Shown here in pieces: positions 25,801 through 40,800 of a DNA stretch of 64,000 bases. The notes under the pieces were generated by a model that was not told where the DNA came from, searched no databases, and saw nothing but the letters and a program-made list of their open reading frames with translations. Source of the DNA: the human T2T-CHM13v2.0 reference genome, Homo sapiens. Numbering within the stretch: position 1 is the stretch's first letter; every line of letters starts with the position of its first letter. Location: the NCBI RefSeq assembly GCF_009914755.1, contig NC_060942.1, one strand, 5' to 3'. Both the position numbers and the translations under genes were made by a program.

Positions 25801-28800
25801 CTTGTTTGTGATGTGTGCCCTCTACTGACAGAGTTGAACCTTTCTTTTCATAGAGCAGTTTTGAAACACTCTTTTTGTAGAATCTGCAAGAGGATATTTG
25901 CATAGCTTTGAGGATTTCGTGGGAAACGGGATTGTCTTCAGGTAAAATCTAGACAGAAGCATTCTCAGAAACTTCTTTGGGATGTTTGCATTCAAGTCAC
26001 AGAGTAGAACATTCCCTTTGGTAGAGCAGGTTTGAAACACTCTTTTTGTAGTATCTGGAAGTGGACATTTGGAGCGCTTTCAGGCCCATGTTGGAAAGGG
26101 AAATATCTTCCCGTAACAACTAGGCAGAAGCATTCTCAGAAACTTATTTGAGATGTGTGTACTCAACTAAGAGAATTGAACCACCGTTTTGAAGGAGCAG
26201 TTTTGAAACACTCTTTTTCTGGAATCTGCAAGAGTATATTTGCCTAGCCTTGAGGATTTCGTTGGAAACGGGATTGTCTTCAGAGAAAATCTAGACAGAA
26301 GCATTCTCAGAAACTTCTTTGGGATGCTTGCATTCCAGTCACAGAGTAGAACATTCCCTTTGGTAGAGCAGGTTTGAAACACTCTTTTTGTAGTATCTGG
26401 AAGTGGACATTTGGAGCGCTTTCAGGCCTACGTTGGAAAAGGAAATATCTTCCCATAACAACTAGACAGAAGCATTCTCAGAAACTAGTTTCTGATGTGT
26501 GTCCTCAACTAACACAGTTGAACATTTCTTTAGACAGAACAGTTTTGAAACACTCTTTTTGTGGAATCTGCAAGTGGCTATTTGGCTAGATTTGAGGATT
26601 TCGTTGGAAACGGGATTACATATAAAAAGCAGTCAGCAGCATTCTCAGAAAGTTCTTTGTGATGATTGCATTCAAGTCACAGAATTGAACATTCCCTTTC
26701 ACAGAGCAGGTTTGAAACACTCTTTTTGTAGTGTGTGTAAGTGGACATTTGGAGCACTTACCGGCCTAAGGTGAAAAAGGAAATATCTTCCCATAAAAAC
26801 TAGACAGAAGCATTCTCAGAAACTTACTCGTGATGTGTGTCCTCAACTAAAGGAGTAGAACCTTTCTTTTCATAGAGAAGTTTTGAAACGCTCTTTTTGT
26901 GGAATCTGCAAGTGGATATTTGGCTAGTTTTGAGGATTTCGTTGGAAGCGGGAATTCATACAAATTGCAGACTGCAGCGTTCTGAGAAACATCTTTGTGA
27001 TGTTTGTATTCAGGACACAGAGTTGAACATTCCCTATCATAGAGCAGGTTTGAATCACTCCTTTTGTAGTATCTGGAAGTGGACATTTGGAGCGCTTTCA
27101 GGCCTATGTTGGAAAAGGAAATATCTTCCCATAACAACTAGACAGAAGCATTCTCAGAAACTTATTTGAGATGTGTGTACTCAACTAAGAGAACTGAACC
27201 ACCGTTTTGAAGGAGCAGTTTTGAAACTCTCTTTTTCTGGAATCTGCAAGTGGATATTTGGCTAGCTTTGGGGATTTCGCTGGAAGCGGGAATACATATA
27301 AAAAGCCCACAGCAGCGTTCTGAGAAACTGCTTTCTGATGTTTGCATTCAAGTCAAAAGTTGAACACTCCCTTTCATAGAGCAGTCTTGAAACACCCCTT
27401 TTGTAGTATCTGGAACTGGACTTTTGGAGCGATTTCAGGGCTAAGGTGAAAAAGGAAATATCTTCCCATAAAAACTGGACAGAAGCATTCTCAGAAACTT
27501 GTTTATGCTGTATCTACTCAACTAACAAAGTTGAACCTTTCTTTTGATAGAGCAGTTTTGAAATGGTCTTTTTGTGGAATCTGCAAGTGGATATTTGGCT
27601 AGTTTTGAGGATTTCGTTGGAAGCGGGAATTCATACAAATTGCAGACTGCAGCGTTCTGAGAAACATCTTTGTGATGTTTGTATTCAGGACACAGAGTTG
27701 AACATTCCCTATCATAGAGCAGGTTGGAATCACTCCTTTTGTAGTATCTGGAAGTGGACATTTGGAGCGCTTTCAGGCCTATTTTGGAAAGGGAAATATC
27801 TTCCCGTAACAACTATGCAGAAGCATTCTCAGAAACTTGTTTGTGATGTGTGCCCTCTACTGACAGAGTTGAACCTTTCTTTTCATAGAGCAGTTTTGAA
27901 ACACTCTTTTTGTAGAATCTGCAAGAGGATATTTGCATAGCTTTGAGGATTTCGTGGGAAACGGGATTGTCTTCAGGTAAAATCTAGACAGAAGCATTCT
28001 CAGAAACTTCTTTGGGATGTTTGCATTCAAGTCACAGAGTAGAACATTCCCTTTGGTAGAGCAGGTTTGAAACACTCTTTTTGTAGTATCTGGAAGTGGA
28101 CATTTGGAGCGCTTTCAGGCCCATGTTGGAAAGGGAAATATCTTCCCGTAACAACTAGGCAGAAGCATTCTCAGAAACTTATTTGAGATGTGTGTACTCA
28201 ACTAAGAGAATTGAACCACCGTTTTGAAGGAGCAGTTTTGAAACACTCTTTTTCTGGAATCTGCAAGAGTATATTTGCCTAGCCTTGAGGATTTCGTTGG
28301 AAACGGGATTGTCTTCAGAGAAAATCTAGACAGAAGCATTCTCAGAAACTTCTTTGGGATGCTTGCATTCCAGTCACAGAGTAGAACATTCCCTTTGGTA
28401 GAGCAGGTTTGAAACACTCTTTTTGTAGTATCTGGAAGTGGACATTTGGAGCGCTTTCAGGCCTACGTTGGAAAAGGAAATATCTTCCCATAACAACTAG
28501 ACAGAAGCATTCTCAGAAACTAGTTTCTGATGTGTGTCCTCAACTAACACAGTTGAACATTTCTTTAGACAGAACAGTTTTGAAACACTCTTTTTGTGGA
28601 ATCTGCAAGTGGCTATTTGGCTAGATTTGAGGATTTCGTTGGAAACGGGATTACATATAAAAAGCAGTCAGCAGCATTCTCAGAAAGTTCTTTGTGATGA
28701 TTGCATTCAAGTCACAGAATTGAACATTCCCTTTCACAGAGCAGGTTTGAAACACTCTTTTTGTAGTGTGTGTAAGTGGACATTTGGAGCACTTACCGGC

Positions 28801-31800
28801 CTAAGGTGAAAAAGGAAATATCTTCCCATAAAAACTAGACAGAAGCATTCTCAGAAACTTACTCGTGATGTGTGTCCTCAACTAAAGGAGTAGAACCTTT
28901 CTTTTCATAGAGAAGTTTTGAAACGCTCTTTTTGTGGAATCTGCAAGTGGATATTTGGCTAGTTTTGAGGATTTCGTTGGAAGCGGGAATTCATACAAAT
29001 TGCAGACTGCAGCGTTCTGAGAAACATCTTTGTGATGTTTGTATTCAGGACACAGAGTTGAACATTCCCTATCATAGAGCAGGTTTGAATCACTCCTTTT
29101 GTAGTATCTGGAAGTGGACATTTGGAGCGCTTTCAGGCCTATGTTGGAAAAGGAAATATCTTCCCATAACAACTAGACAGAAGCATTCTCAGAAACTTAT
29201 TTGAGATGTGTGTACTCAACTAAGAGAATTGAACCACCGTTTTGAAGGAGCAGTTTTGAAACTCTCTTTTTCTGGAATCTGCAAGTGGATATTTGGCTAG
29301 CTTTGGGGATTTCGCTGGAAGCGGGAATACATATAAAAAGCCCACAGCAGCGTTCTGAGAAACTGCTTTCTGATGTTTGCATTCAAGTCAAAAGTTGAAC
29401 ACTCCCTTTCATAGAGCAGTCTTGAAACACCCCTTTTGTAGTATCTGGAACTGGACTTTTGGAGCGATTTCAGGGCTAAGGTGAAAAAGGAAATATCTTC
29501 CCATAAAAACTGGACAGAAGCATTCTCAGAAACTTGTTTATGCTGTATCTACTCAACTAACAAAGTTGAACCTTTCTTTTGATAGAGCAGTTTTGAAATG
29601 GTCTTTTTGTGGAATCTGCAAGTGGATATTTGGCTAGTTTTGAGGATTTCGTTGGAAGCGGGAATTCATACAAATTGCAGACTGCAGCGTTCTGAGAAAC
29701 ATCTTTGTGATGTTTGTATTCAGGACACAGAGTTGAACATTCCCTATCATAGAGCAGGTTGGAATCACTCCTTTTGTAGTATCTGGAAGTGGACATTTGG
29801 AGCGCTTTCAGGCCTATTTTGGAAAGGGAAATATCTTCCCGTAACAACTATGCAGAAGCATTCTCAGAAACTTGTTTGTGATGTGTGCCCTCTACTGACA
29901 GAGTTGAACCTTTCTTTTCATAGAGCAGTTTTGAAACACTCTTTTTGTAGAATCTGCAAGAGGATATTTGCATAGCTTTGAGGATTTCGTGGGAAACGGG
30001 ATTGTCTTCAGGTAAAATCTAGACAGAAGCATTCTCAGAAACTTCTTTGGGATGTTTGCATTCAAGTCACAGAGTAGAACATTCCCTTTGGTAGAGCAGG
30101 TTTGAAACACTCTTTTTGTAGTATCTGGAAGTGGACATTTGGAGCGCTTTCAGGCCCATGTTGGAAAGGGAAATATCTTCCCGTAACAACTAGGCAGAAG
30201 CATTCTCAGAAACTTATTTGAGATGTGTGTACTCAACTAAGAGAATTGAACCACCGTTTTGAAGGAGCAGTTTTGAAACACTCTTTTTCTGGAATCTGCA
30301 AGAGTATATTTGCCTAGCCTTGAGGATTTCGTTGGAAACGGGATTGTCTTCAGAGAAAATCTAGACAGAAGCATTCTCAGAAACTTCTTTGGGATGCTTG
30401 CATTCCAGTCACAGAGTAGAACATTCCCTTTGGTAGAGCAGGTTTGAAACACTCTTTTTGTAGTATCTGGAAGTGGACATTTGGAGCGCTTTCAGGCCTA
30501 CGTTGGAAAAGGAAATATCTTCCCATAACAACTAGACAGAAGCATTCTCAGAAACTAGTTTCTGATGTGTGTCCTCAACTAACACAGTTGAACATTTCTT
30601 TAGACAGAACAGTTTTGAAACACTCTTTTTGTGGAATCTGCAAGTGGCTATTTGGCTAGATTTGAGGATTTCGTTGGAAACGGGATTACATATAAAAAGC
30701 AGTCAGCAGCATTCTCAGAAAGTTCTTTGTGATGATTGCATTCAAGTCACAGAATTGAACATTCCCTTTCACAGAGCAGGTTTGAAACACTCTTTTTGTA
30801 GTGTGTGTAAGTGGACATTTGGAGCACTTACCGGCCTAAGGTGAAAAAGGAAATATCTTCCCATAAAAACTAGACAGAAGCATTCTCAGAAACTTACTCG
30901 TGATGTGTGTCCTCAACTAAAGGAGTAGAACCTTTCTTTTCATAGAGAAGTTTTGAAACGCTCTTTTTGTGGAATCTGCAAGTGGATATTTGGCTAGTTT
31001 TGAGGATTTCGTTGGAAGCGGGAATTCATACAAATTGCAGACTGCAGCGTTCTGAGAAACATCTTTGTGATGTTTGTATTCAGGACACAGAGTTGAACAT
31101 TCCCTATCATAGAGCAGGTTTGAATCACTCCTTTTGTAGTATCTGGAAGTGGACATTTGGAGCGCTTTCAGGCCTATGTTGGAAAAGGAAATATCTTCCC
31201 ATAACAACTAGACAGAAGCATTCTCAGAAACTTATTTGAGATGTGTGTACTCAACTAAGAGAATTGAACCACCGTTTTGAAGGAGCAGTTTTGAAACTCT
31301 CTTTTTCTGGAATCTGCAAGTGGATATTTGGCTAGCTTTGGGGATTTCGCTGGAAGCGGGAATACATATAAAAAGCCCACAGCAGCGTTCTGAGAAACTG
31401 CTTTCTGATGTTTGCATTCAAGTCAAAAGTTGAACACTCCCTTTCATAGAGCAGTCTTGAAACACCCCTTTTGTAGTATCTGGAACTGGACTTTTGGAGC
31501 GATTTCAGGGCTAAGGTGAAAAAGGAAATATCTTCCCATAAAAACTGGACAGAAGCATTCTCAGAAACTTGTTTATGCTGTATCTACTCAACTAACAAAG
31601 TTGAACCTTTCTTTTGATAGAGCAGTTTTGAAATGGTCTTTTTGTGGAATCTGCAAGTGGATATTTGGCTAGTTTTGAGGATTTCGTTGGAAGCGGGAAT
31701 TCATACAAATTGCAGACTGCAGCGTTCTGAGAAACATCTTTGTGATGTTTGTATTCAGGACACAGAGTTGAACATTCCCTATCATAGAGCAGGTTGGAAT

Positions 31801-34800
31801 CACTCCTTTTGTAGTATCTGGAAGTGGACATTTGGAGCGCTTTCAGGCCTATTTTGGAAAGGGAAATATCTTCCCGTAACAACTATGCAGAAGCATTCTC
31901 AGAAACTTGTTTGTGATGTGTGCCCTCTACTGACAGAGTTGAACCTTTCTTTTCATAGAGCAGTTTTGAAACACTCTTTTTGTAGAATCTGCAAGAGGAT
32001 ATTTGCATAGCTTTGAGGATTTCGTGGGAAACGGGATTGTCTTCAGGTAAAATCTAGACAGAAGCATTCTCAGAAACTTCTTTGGGATGTTTGCATTCAA
32101 GTCACAGAGTAGAACATTCCCTTTGGTAGAGCAGGTTTGAAACACTCTTTTTGTAGTATCTGGAAGTGGACATTTGGAGCGCTTTCAGGCCCATGTTGGA
32201 AAGGGAAATATCTTCCCGTAACAACTAGGCAGAAGCATTCTCAGAAACTTATTTGAGATGTGTGTACTCAACTAAGAGAATTGAACCACCGTTTTGAAGG
32301 AGCAGTTTTGAAACACTCTTTTTCTGGAATCTGCAAGAGTATATTTGCCTAGCCTTGAGGATTTCGTTGGAAACGGGATTGTCTTCAGAGAAAATCTAGA
32401 CAGAAGCATTCTCAGAAACTTCTTTGGGATGCTTGCATTCCAGTCACAGAGTAGAACATTCCCTTTGGTAGAGCAGGTTTGAAACACTCTTTTTTTAGTA
32501 TCTGGAAGTGGACATTTGGAGCGCTTTCAGGCCTACGTTGGAAAAGGAAATATCTTCCCATAACAACTAGACAGAAGCATTCTCAGAAACTAGTTTCTGA
32601 TGTGTGTCCTCAACTAACACAGTTGAACATTTCTTTAGACAGAACAGTTTTGAAACACTCTTTTTGTGGAATCTGCAAGTGGCTATTTGGCTAGATTTGA
32701 GGATTTCGTTGGAAACGGGATTACATATAAAAAGCAGTCAGCAGCATTCTCAGAAAGTTCTTTGTGATGATTGCATTCAAGTCACAGAATTGAACATTCC
32801 CTTTCACAGAGCAGGTTTGAAACACTCTTTTTGTAGTGTGTGTAAGTGGACATTTGGAGCACTTACCGGCCTAAGGTGAAAAAGGAAATATCTTCCCATA
32901 AAAACTAGACAGAAGCATTCTCAGAAACTTACTCGTGATGTGTGTCCTCAACTAAAGGAGTAGAACCTTTCTTTTCATAGAGAAGTTTTGAAACGCTCTT
33001 TTTGTGGAATCTGCAAGTGGATATTTGGCTAGTTTTGAGGATTTCGTTGGAAGCGGGAATTCATACAAATTGCAGACTGCAGCGTTCTGAGAAACATCTT
33101 TGTGATGTTTGTATTCAGGACACAGAGTTGAACATTCCCTATCATAGAGCAGGTTTGAATCACTCCTTTTGTAGTATCTGGAAGTGGACATTTGGAGCGC
33201 TTTCAGGCCTATGTTGGAAAAGGAAATATCTTCCCATAACAACTAGACAGAAGCATTCTCAGAAACTTATTTGAGATGTGTGTACTCAACTAAGAGAATT
33301 GAACCACCGTTTTGAAGGAGCAGTTTTGAAACTCTCTTTTTCTGGAATCTGCAAGTGGATATTTGGCTAGCTTTGGGGATTTCGCTGGAAGCGGGAATAC
33401 ATATAAAAAGCACACAGCAGCGTTCTGAGAAACTGCTTTCTGATGTTTGCATTCAAGTCAAAAGTTGAACACTCCCTTTCATAGAGCAGTCTTGAAACAC
33501 CCCTTTTGTAGTATCTGGAACTGGACTTTTGGAGCGATTTCAGGGCTAAGGTGAAAAAGGAAATATCTTCCCATAAAAACTGGACAGAAGCATTCTCAGA
33601 AACTTGTTTATGCTGTATCTACTCAACTAACAAAGTTGAACCTTTCTTTTGATAGAGCAGTTTTGAAATGGTCTTTTTGTGGAATCTGCAAGTGGATATT
33701 TGGCTAGTTTTGAGGATTTCGTTGGAAGCGGGAATTCATACAAATTGCAGACTGCAGCGTTCTGAGAAACATCTTTGTGATGTTTGTATTCAGGACACAG
33801 AGTTGAACATTCCCTATCATAGAGCAGGTTGGAATCACTCCTTTTGTAGTATCTGGAAGTGGACATTTGGAGCGCTTTCAGGCCTATTTTGGAAAGGGAA
33901 ATATCTTCCCGTAACAACTATGCAGAAGCATTCTCAGAAACTTGTTTGTGATGTGTGCCCTCTACTGACAGAGTTGAACCTTTCTTTTCATAGAGCAGTT
34001 TTGAAACACTCTTTTTGTAGAATCTGCAAGAGGATATTTGCATAGCTTTGAGGATTTCGTGGGAAACGGGATTGTCTTCAGGTAAAATCTAGACAGAAGC
34101 ATTCTCAGAAACTTCTTTGGGATGTTTGCATTCAAGTCACAGAGTAGAACATTCCCTTTGGTAGAGCAGGTTTGAAACACTCTTTTTGTAGTATCTGGAA
34201 GTGGACATTTGGAGCGCTTTCAGGCCCATGTTGGAAAGGGAAATATCTTCCCGTAACAACTAGGCAGAAGCATTCTCAGAAACTTATTTGAGATGTGTGT
34301 ACTCAACTAAGAGAATTGAACCACCGTTTTGAAGGAGCAGTTTTGAAACACTCTTTTTCTGGAATCTGCAAGAGTATATTTGCCTAGCCTTGAGGATTTC
34401 GTTGGAAACGGGATTGTCTTCAGAGAAAATCTAGACAGAAGCATTCTCAGAAACTTCTTTGGGATGCTTGCATTCCAGTCACAGAGTAGAACATTCCCTT
34501 TGGTAGAGCAGGTTTGAAACACTCTTTTTTTAGTATCTGGAAGTGGACATTTGGAGCGCTTTCAGGCCTACGTTGGAAAAGGAAATATCTTCCCATAACA
34601 ACTAGACAGAAGCATTCTCAGAAACTAGTTTCTGATGTGTGTCCTCAACTAACACAGTTGAACATTTCTTTAGACAGAACAGTTTTGAAACACTCTTTTT
34701 GTGGAATCTGCAAGTGGCTATTTGGCTAGATTTGAGGATTTCGTTGGAAACGGGATTACATATAAAAAGCAGTCAGCAGCATTCTCAGAAAGTTCTTTGT

Positions 34801-37800
34801 GATGATTGCATTCAAGTCACAGAATTGAACATTCCCTTTCACAGAGCAGGTTTGAAACACTCTTTTTGTAGTGTGTGTAAGTGGACATTTGGAGCACTTA
34901 CCGGCCTAAGGTGAAAAAGGAAATATCTTCCCATAAAAACTAGACAGAAGCATTCTCAGAAACTTACTCGTGATGTGTGTCCTCAACTAAAGGAGTAGAA
35001 CCTTTCTTTTCATAGAGAAGTTTTGAAACGCTCTTTTTGTGGAATCTGCAAGTGGATATTTGGCTAGTTTTGAGGATTTCGTTGGAAGCGGGAATTCATA
35101 CAAATTGCAGACTGCAGCGTTCTGAGAAACATCTTTGTGATGTTTGTATTCAGGACACAGAGTTGAACATTCCCTATCATAGAGCAGGTTTGAATCACTC
35201 CTTTTGTAGTATCTGGAAGTGGACATTTGGAGCGCTTTCAGGCCTATGTTGGAAAAGGAAATATCTTCCCATAACAACTAGACAGAAGCATTCTCAGAAA
35301 CTTATTTGAGATGTGTGTACTCAACTAAGAGAATTGAACCACCGTTTTGAAGGAGCAGTTTTGAAACTCTCTTTTTCTGGAATCTGCAAGTGGATATTTG
35401 GCTAGCTTTGGGGATTTCGCTGGAAGCGGGAATACATATAAAAAGCCCACAGCAGCGTTCTGAGAAACTGCTTTCTGATGTTTGCATTCAAGTCAAAAGT
35501 TGAACACTCCCTTTCATAGAGCAGTCTTGAAACACCCCTTTTGTAGTATCTGGAACTGGACTTTTGGAGCGATTTCAGGGCTAAGGTGAAAAAGGAAATA
35601 TCTTCCCATAAAAACTGGACAGAAGCATTCTCAGAAACTTGTTTATGCTGTATCTACTCAACTAACAAAGTTGAACCTTTCTTTTGATAGAGCAGTTTTG
35701 AAATGGTCTTTTTGTGGAATCTGCAAGTGGATATTTGGCTAGTTTTGAGGATTTCGTTGGAAGCGGGAATTCATACAAATTGCAGACTGCAGCGTTCTGA
35801 GAAACATCTTTGTGATGTTTGTATTCAGGACACAGAGTTGAACATTCCCTATCATAGAGCAGGTTGGAATCACTCCTTTTGTAGTATCTGGAAGTGGACA
35901 TTTGGAGCGCTTTCAGGCCTATTTTGGAAAGGGAAATATCTTCCCGTAACAACTATGCAGAAGCATTCTCAGAAACTTGTTTGTGATGTGTGCCCTCTAC
36001 TGACAGAGTTGAACCTTTCTTTTCATAGAGCAGTTTTGAAACACTCTTTTTGTAGAATCTGCAAGAGGATATTTGCATAGCTTTGAGGATTTCGTGGGAA
36101 ACGGGAGTGTCTTCAGGTAAAATCTAGACAGAAGCATTCTCAGAAACTTCTTTGGGATGTTTGCATTCAAGTCACAGAGTAGAACATTCCCTTTGGTAGA
36201 GCAGGTTTGAAACACTCTTTTTGTAGTATCTGGAAGTGGACATTTGGAGCGCTTTCAGGCCCATGTTGGAAAGGGAAATATCTTCCCGTAACAACTAGGC
36301 AGAAGCATTCTCAGAAACTTATTTGAGATGTGTGTACTCAACTAAGAGAATTGAACCACCGTTTTGAAGGAGCAGTTTTGAAACACTCTTTTTCTGGAAT
36401 CTGCAAGAGTATATTTGCCTAGCCTTGAGGATTTCGTTGGAAACGGGATTGTCTTCAGAGAAAATCTAGACAGAAGCATTCTCAGAAACTTCTTTGGGAT
36501 GCTTGCATTCCAGTCACAGAGTAGAACATTCCCTTTGGTAGAGCAGGTTTGAAACACTCTTTTTGTAGTATCTGGAAGTGGACATTTGGAGCGCTTTCAG
36601 GCCTACGTTGGAAAAGGAAATATCTTCCCATAACAACTAGACAGAAGCATTCTCAGAAACTAGTTTCTGATGTGTGTCCTCAACTAACACAGTTGAACAT
36701 TTCTTTAGACAGAACAGTTTTGAAACACTCTTTTTGTGGAATCTGCAAGTGGCTATTTGGCTAGATTTGAGGATTTCGTTGGAAACGGGATTACATATAA
36801 AAAGCAGTCAGCAGCATTCTCAGAAAGTTCTTTGTGATGATTGCATTCAAGTCACAGAATTGAACATTCCCTTTCACAGAGCAGGTTTGAAACACTCTTT
36901 TTGTAGTGTGTGTAAGTGGACATTTGGAGCACTTACCGGCCTAAGGTGAAAAAGGAAATATCTTCCCATAAAAACTAGACAGAAGCATTCTCAGAAACTT
37001 ACTCGTGATGTGTGTCCTCAACTAAAGGAGTAGAACCTTTCTTTTCATAGAGAAGTTTTGAAACGCTCTTTTTGTGGAATCTGCAAGTGGATATTTGGCT
37101 AGTTTTGAGGATTTCGTTGGAAGCGGGAATTCATACAAATTGCAGACTGCAGCGTTCTGAGAAACATCTTTGTGATGTTTGTATTCAGGACACAGAGTTG
37201 AACATTCCCTATCATAGAGCAGGTTTGAATCACTCCTTTTGTAGTATCTGGAAGTGGACATTTGGAGCGCTTTCAGGCCTATGTTGGAAAAGGAAATATC
37301 TTCCCATAACAACTAGACAGAAGCATTCTCAGAAACTTATTTGAGATGTGTGTACTCAACTAAGAGAATTGAACCACCGTTTTGAAGGAGCAGTTTTGAA
37401 ACTCTCTTTTTCTGGAATCTGCAAGTGGATATTTGGCTAGCTTTGGGGATTTCGCTGGAAGCGGGAATACATATAAAAAGCACACAGCAGCGTTCTGAGA
37501 AACTGCTTTCTGATGTTTGCATTCAAGTCAAAAGTTGAACACTCCCTTTCATAGAGCAGTCTTGAAACACCCCTTTTGTAGTATCTGGAACTGGACTTTT
37601 GGAGCGATTTCAGGGCTAAGGTGAAAAAGGAAATATCTTCCCATAAAAACTGGACAGAAGCATTCTCAGAAACTTGTTTATGCTGTATCTACTCAACTAA
37701 CAAAGTTGAACCTTTCTTTTGATAGAGCAGTTTTGAAATGGTCTTTTTGTGGAATCTGCAAGTGGATATTTGGCTAGTTTTGAGGATTTCGTTGGAAGCG

Positions 37801-40800
37801 GGAATTCATACAAATTGCAGACTGCAGCGTTCTGAGAAACATCTTTGTGATGTTTGTATTCAGGACACAGAGTTGAACATTCCCTATCATAGAGCAGGTT
37901 GGAATCACTCCTTTTGTAGTATCTGGAAGTGGACATTTGGAGCGCTTTCAGGCCTATTTTGGAAAGGGAAATATCTTCCCGTAACAACTATGCAGAAGCA
38001 TTCTCAGAAACTTGTTTGTGATGTGTGCCCTCTACTGACAGAGTTGAACCTTTCTTTTCATAGAGCAGTTTTGAAACACTCTTTTTGTAGAATCTGCAAG
38101 AGGATATTTGCATAGCTTTGAGGATTTCGTGGGAAACGGGAGTGTCTTCAGGTAAAATCTAGACAGAAGCATTCTCAGAAACTTCTTTGGGATGTTTGCA
38201 TTCAAGTCACAGAGTAGAACATTCCCTTTGGTAGAGCAGGTTTGAAACACTCTTTTTGTAGTATCTGGAAGTGGACATTTGGAGCGCTTTCAGGCCCATG
38301 TTGGAAAGGGAAATATCTTCCCGTAACAACTAGGCAGAAGCATTCTCAGAAACTTATTTGAGATGTGTGTACTCAACTAAGAGAATTGAACCACCGTTTT
38401 GAAGGAGCAGTTTTGAAACACTCTTTTTCTGGAATCTGCAAGAGTATATTTGCCTAGCCTTGAGGATTTCGTTGGAAACGGGATTGTCTTCAGAGAAAAT
38501 CTAGACAGAAGCATTCTCAGAAACTTCTTTGGGATGCTTGCATTCCAGTCACAGAGTAGAACATTCCCTTTGGTAGAGCAGGTTTGAAACACTCTTTTTT
38601 TAGTATCTGGAAGTGGACATTTGGAGCGCTTTCAGGCCTACGTTGGAAAAGGAAATATCTTCCCATAACAACTAGACAGAAGCATTCTCAGAAACTAGTT
38701 TCTGATGTGTGTCCTCAACTAACACAGTTGAACATTTCTTTAGACAGAACAGTTTTGAAACACTCTTTTTGTGGAATCTGCAAGTGGCTATTTGGCTAGA
38801 TTTGAGGATTTCGTTGGAAACGGGATTACATATAAAAAGCAGTCAGCAGCATTCTCAGAAAGTTCTTTGTGATGATTGCATTCAAGTCACAGAATTGAAC
38901 ATTCCCTTTCACAGAGCAGGTTTGAAACACTCTTTTTGTAGTGTGTGTAAGTGGACATTTGGAGCACTTACCGGCCTAAGGTGAAAAAGGAAATATCTTC
39001 CCATAAAAACTAGACAGAAGCATTCTCAGAAACTTACTCGTGATGTGTGTCCTCAACTAAAGGAGTAGAACCTTTCTTTTCATAGAGAAGTTTTGAAACG
39101 CTCTTTTTGTGGAATCTGCAAGTGGATATTTGGCTAGTTTTGAGGATTTCGTTGGAAGCGGGAATTCATACAAATTGCAGACTGCAGCGTTCTGAGAAAC
39201 ATCTTTGTGATGTTTGTATTCAGGACACAGAGTTGAACATTCCCTATCATAGAGCAGGTTTGAATCACTCCTTTTGTAGTATCTGGAAGTGGACATTTGG
39301 AGCGCTTTCAGGCCTATGTTGGAAAAGGAAATATCTTCCCATAACAACTAGACAGAAGCATTCTCAGAAACTTATTTGAGATGTGTGTACTCAACTAAGA
39401 GAATTGAACCACCGTTTTGAAGGAGCAGTTTTGAAACTCTCTTTTTCTGGAATCTGCAAGTGGATATTTGGCTAGCTTTGGGGATTTCGCTGGAAGCGGG
39501 AATACATATAAAAAGCACACAGCAGCGTTCTGAGAAACTGCTTTCTGATGTTTGCATTCAAGTCAAAAGTTGAACACTCCCTTTCATAGAGCAGTCTTGA
39601 AACACCCCTTTTGTAGTATCTGGAACTGGACTTTTGGAGCGATTTCAGGGCTAAGGTGAAAAAGGAAATATCTTCCCATAAAAACTGGACAGAAGCATTC
39701 TCAGAAACTTGTTTATGCTGTATCTACTCAACTAACAAAGTTGAACCTTTCTTTTGATAGAGCAGTTTTGAAATGGTCTTTTTGTGGAATCTGCAAGTGG
39801 ATATTTGGCTAGTTTTGAGGATTTCGTTGGAAGCGGGAATTCATACAAATTGCAGACTGCAGCGTTCTGAGAAACATCTTTGTGATGTTTGTATTCAGGA
39901 CACAGAGTTGAACATTCCCTATCATAGAGCAGGTTGGAATCACTCCTTTTGTAGTATCTGGAAGTGGACATTTGGAGCGCTTTCAGGCCTATTTTGGAAA
40001 GGGAAATATCTTCCCGTAACAACTATGCAGAAGCATTCTCAGAAACTTGTTTGTGATGTGTGCCCTCTACTGACAGAGTTGAACCTTTCTTTTCATAGAG
40101 CAGTTTTGAAACACTCTTTTTGTAGAATCTGCAAGAGGATATTTGCATAGCTTTGAGGATTTCGTGGGAAACGGGATTGTCTTCAGGTAAAATCTAGACA
40201 GAAGCATTCTCAGAAACTTCTTTGGGATGTTTGCATTCAAGTCACAGAGTAGAACATTCCCTTTGGTAGAGCAGGTTTGAAACACTCTTTTTGTAGTATC
40301 TGGAAGTGGACATTTGGAGCGCTTTCAGGCCCATGTTGGAAAGGGAAATATCTTCCCGTAACAACTAGGCAGAAGCATTCTCAGAAACTTATTTGAGATG
40401 TGTGTACTCAACTAAGAGAATTGAACCACCGTTTTGAAGGAGCAGTTTTGAAACACTCTTTTTCTGGAATCTGCAAGAGTATATTTGCCTAGCCTTGAGG
40501 ATTTCGTTGGAAACGGGATTGTCTTCAGAGAAAATCTAGACAGAAGCATTCTCAGAAACTTCTTTGGGATGCTTGCATTCCAGTCACAGAGTAGAACATT
40601 CCCTTTGGTAGAGCAGGTTTGAAACACTCTTTTTGTAGTATCTGGAAGTGGACATTTGGAGCGCTTTCAGGCCTACGTTGGAAAAGGAAATATCTTCCCA
40701 TAACAACTAGACAGAAGCATTCTCAGAAACTAGTTTCTGATGTGTGTCCTCAACTAACACAGTTGAACATTTCTTTAGACAGAACAGTTTTGAAACACTC

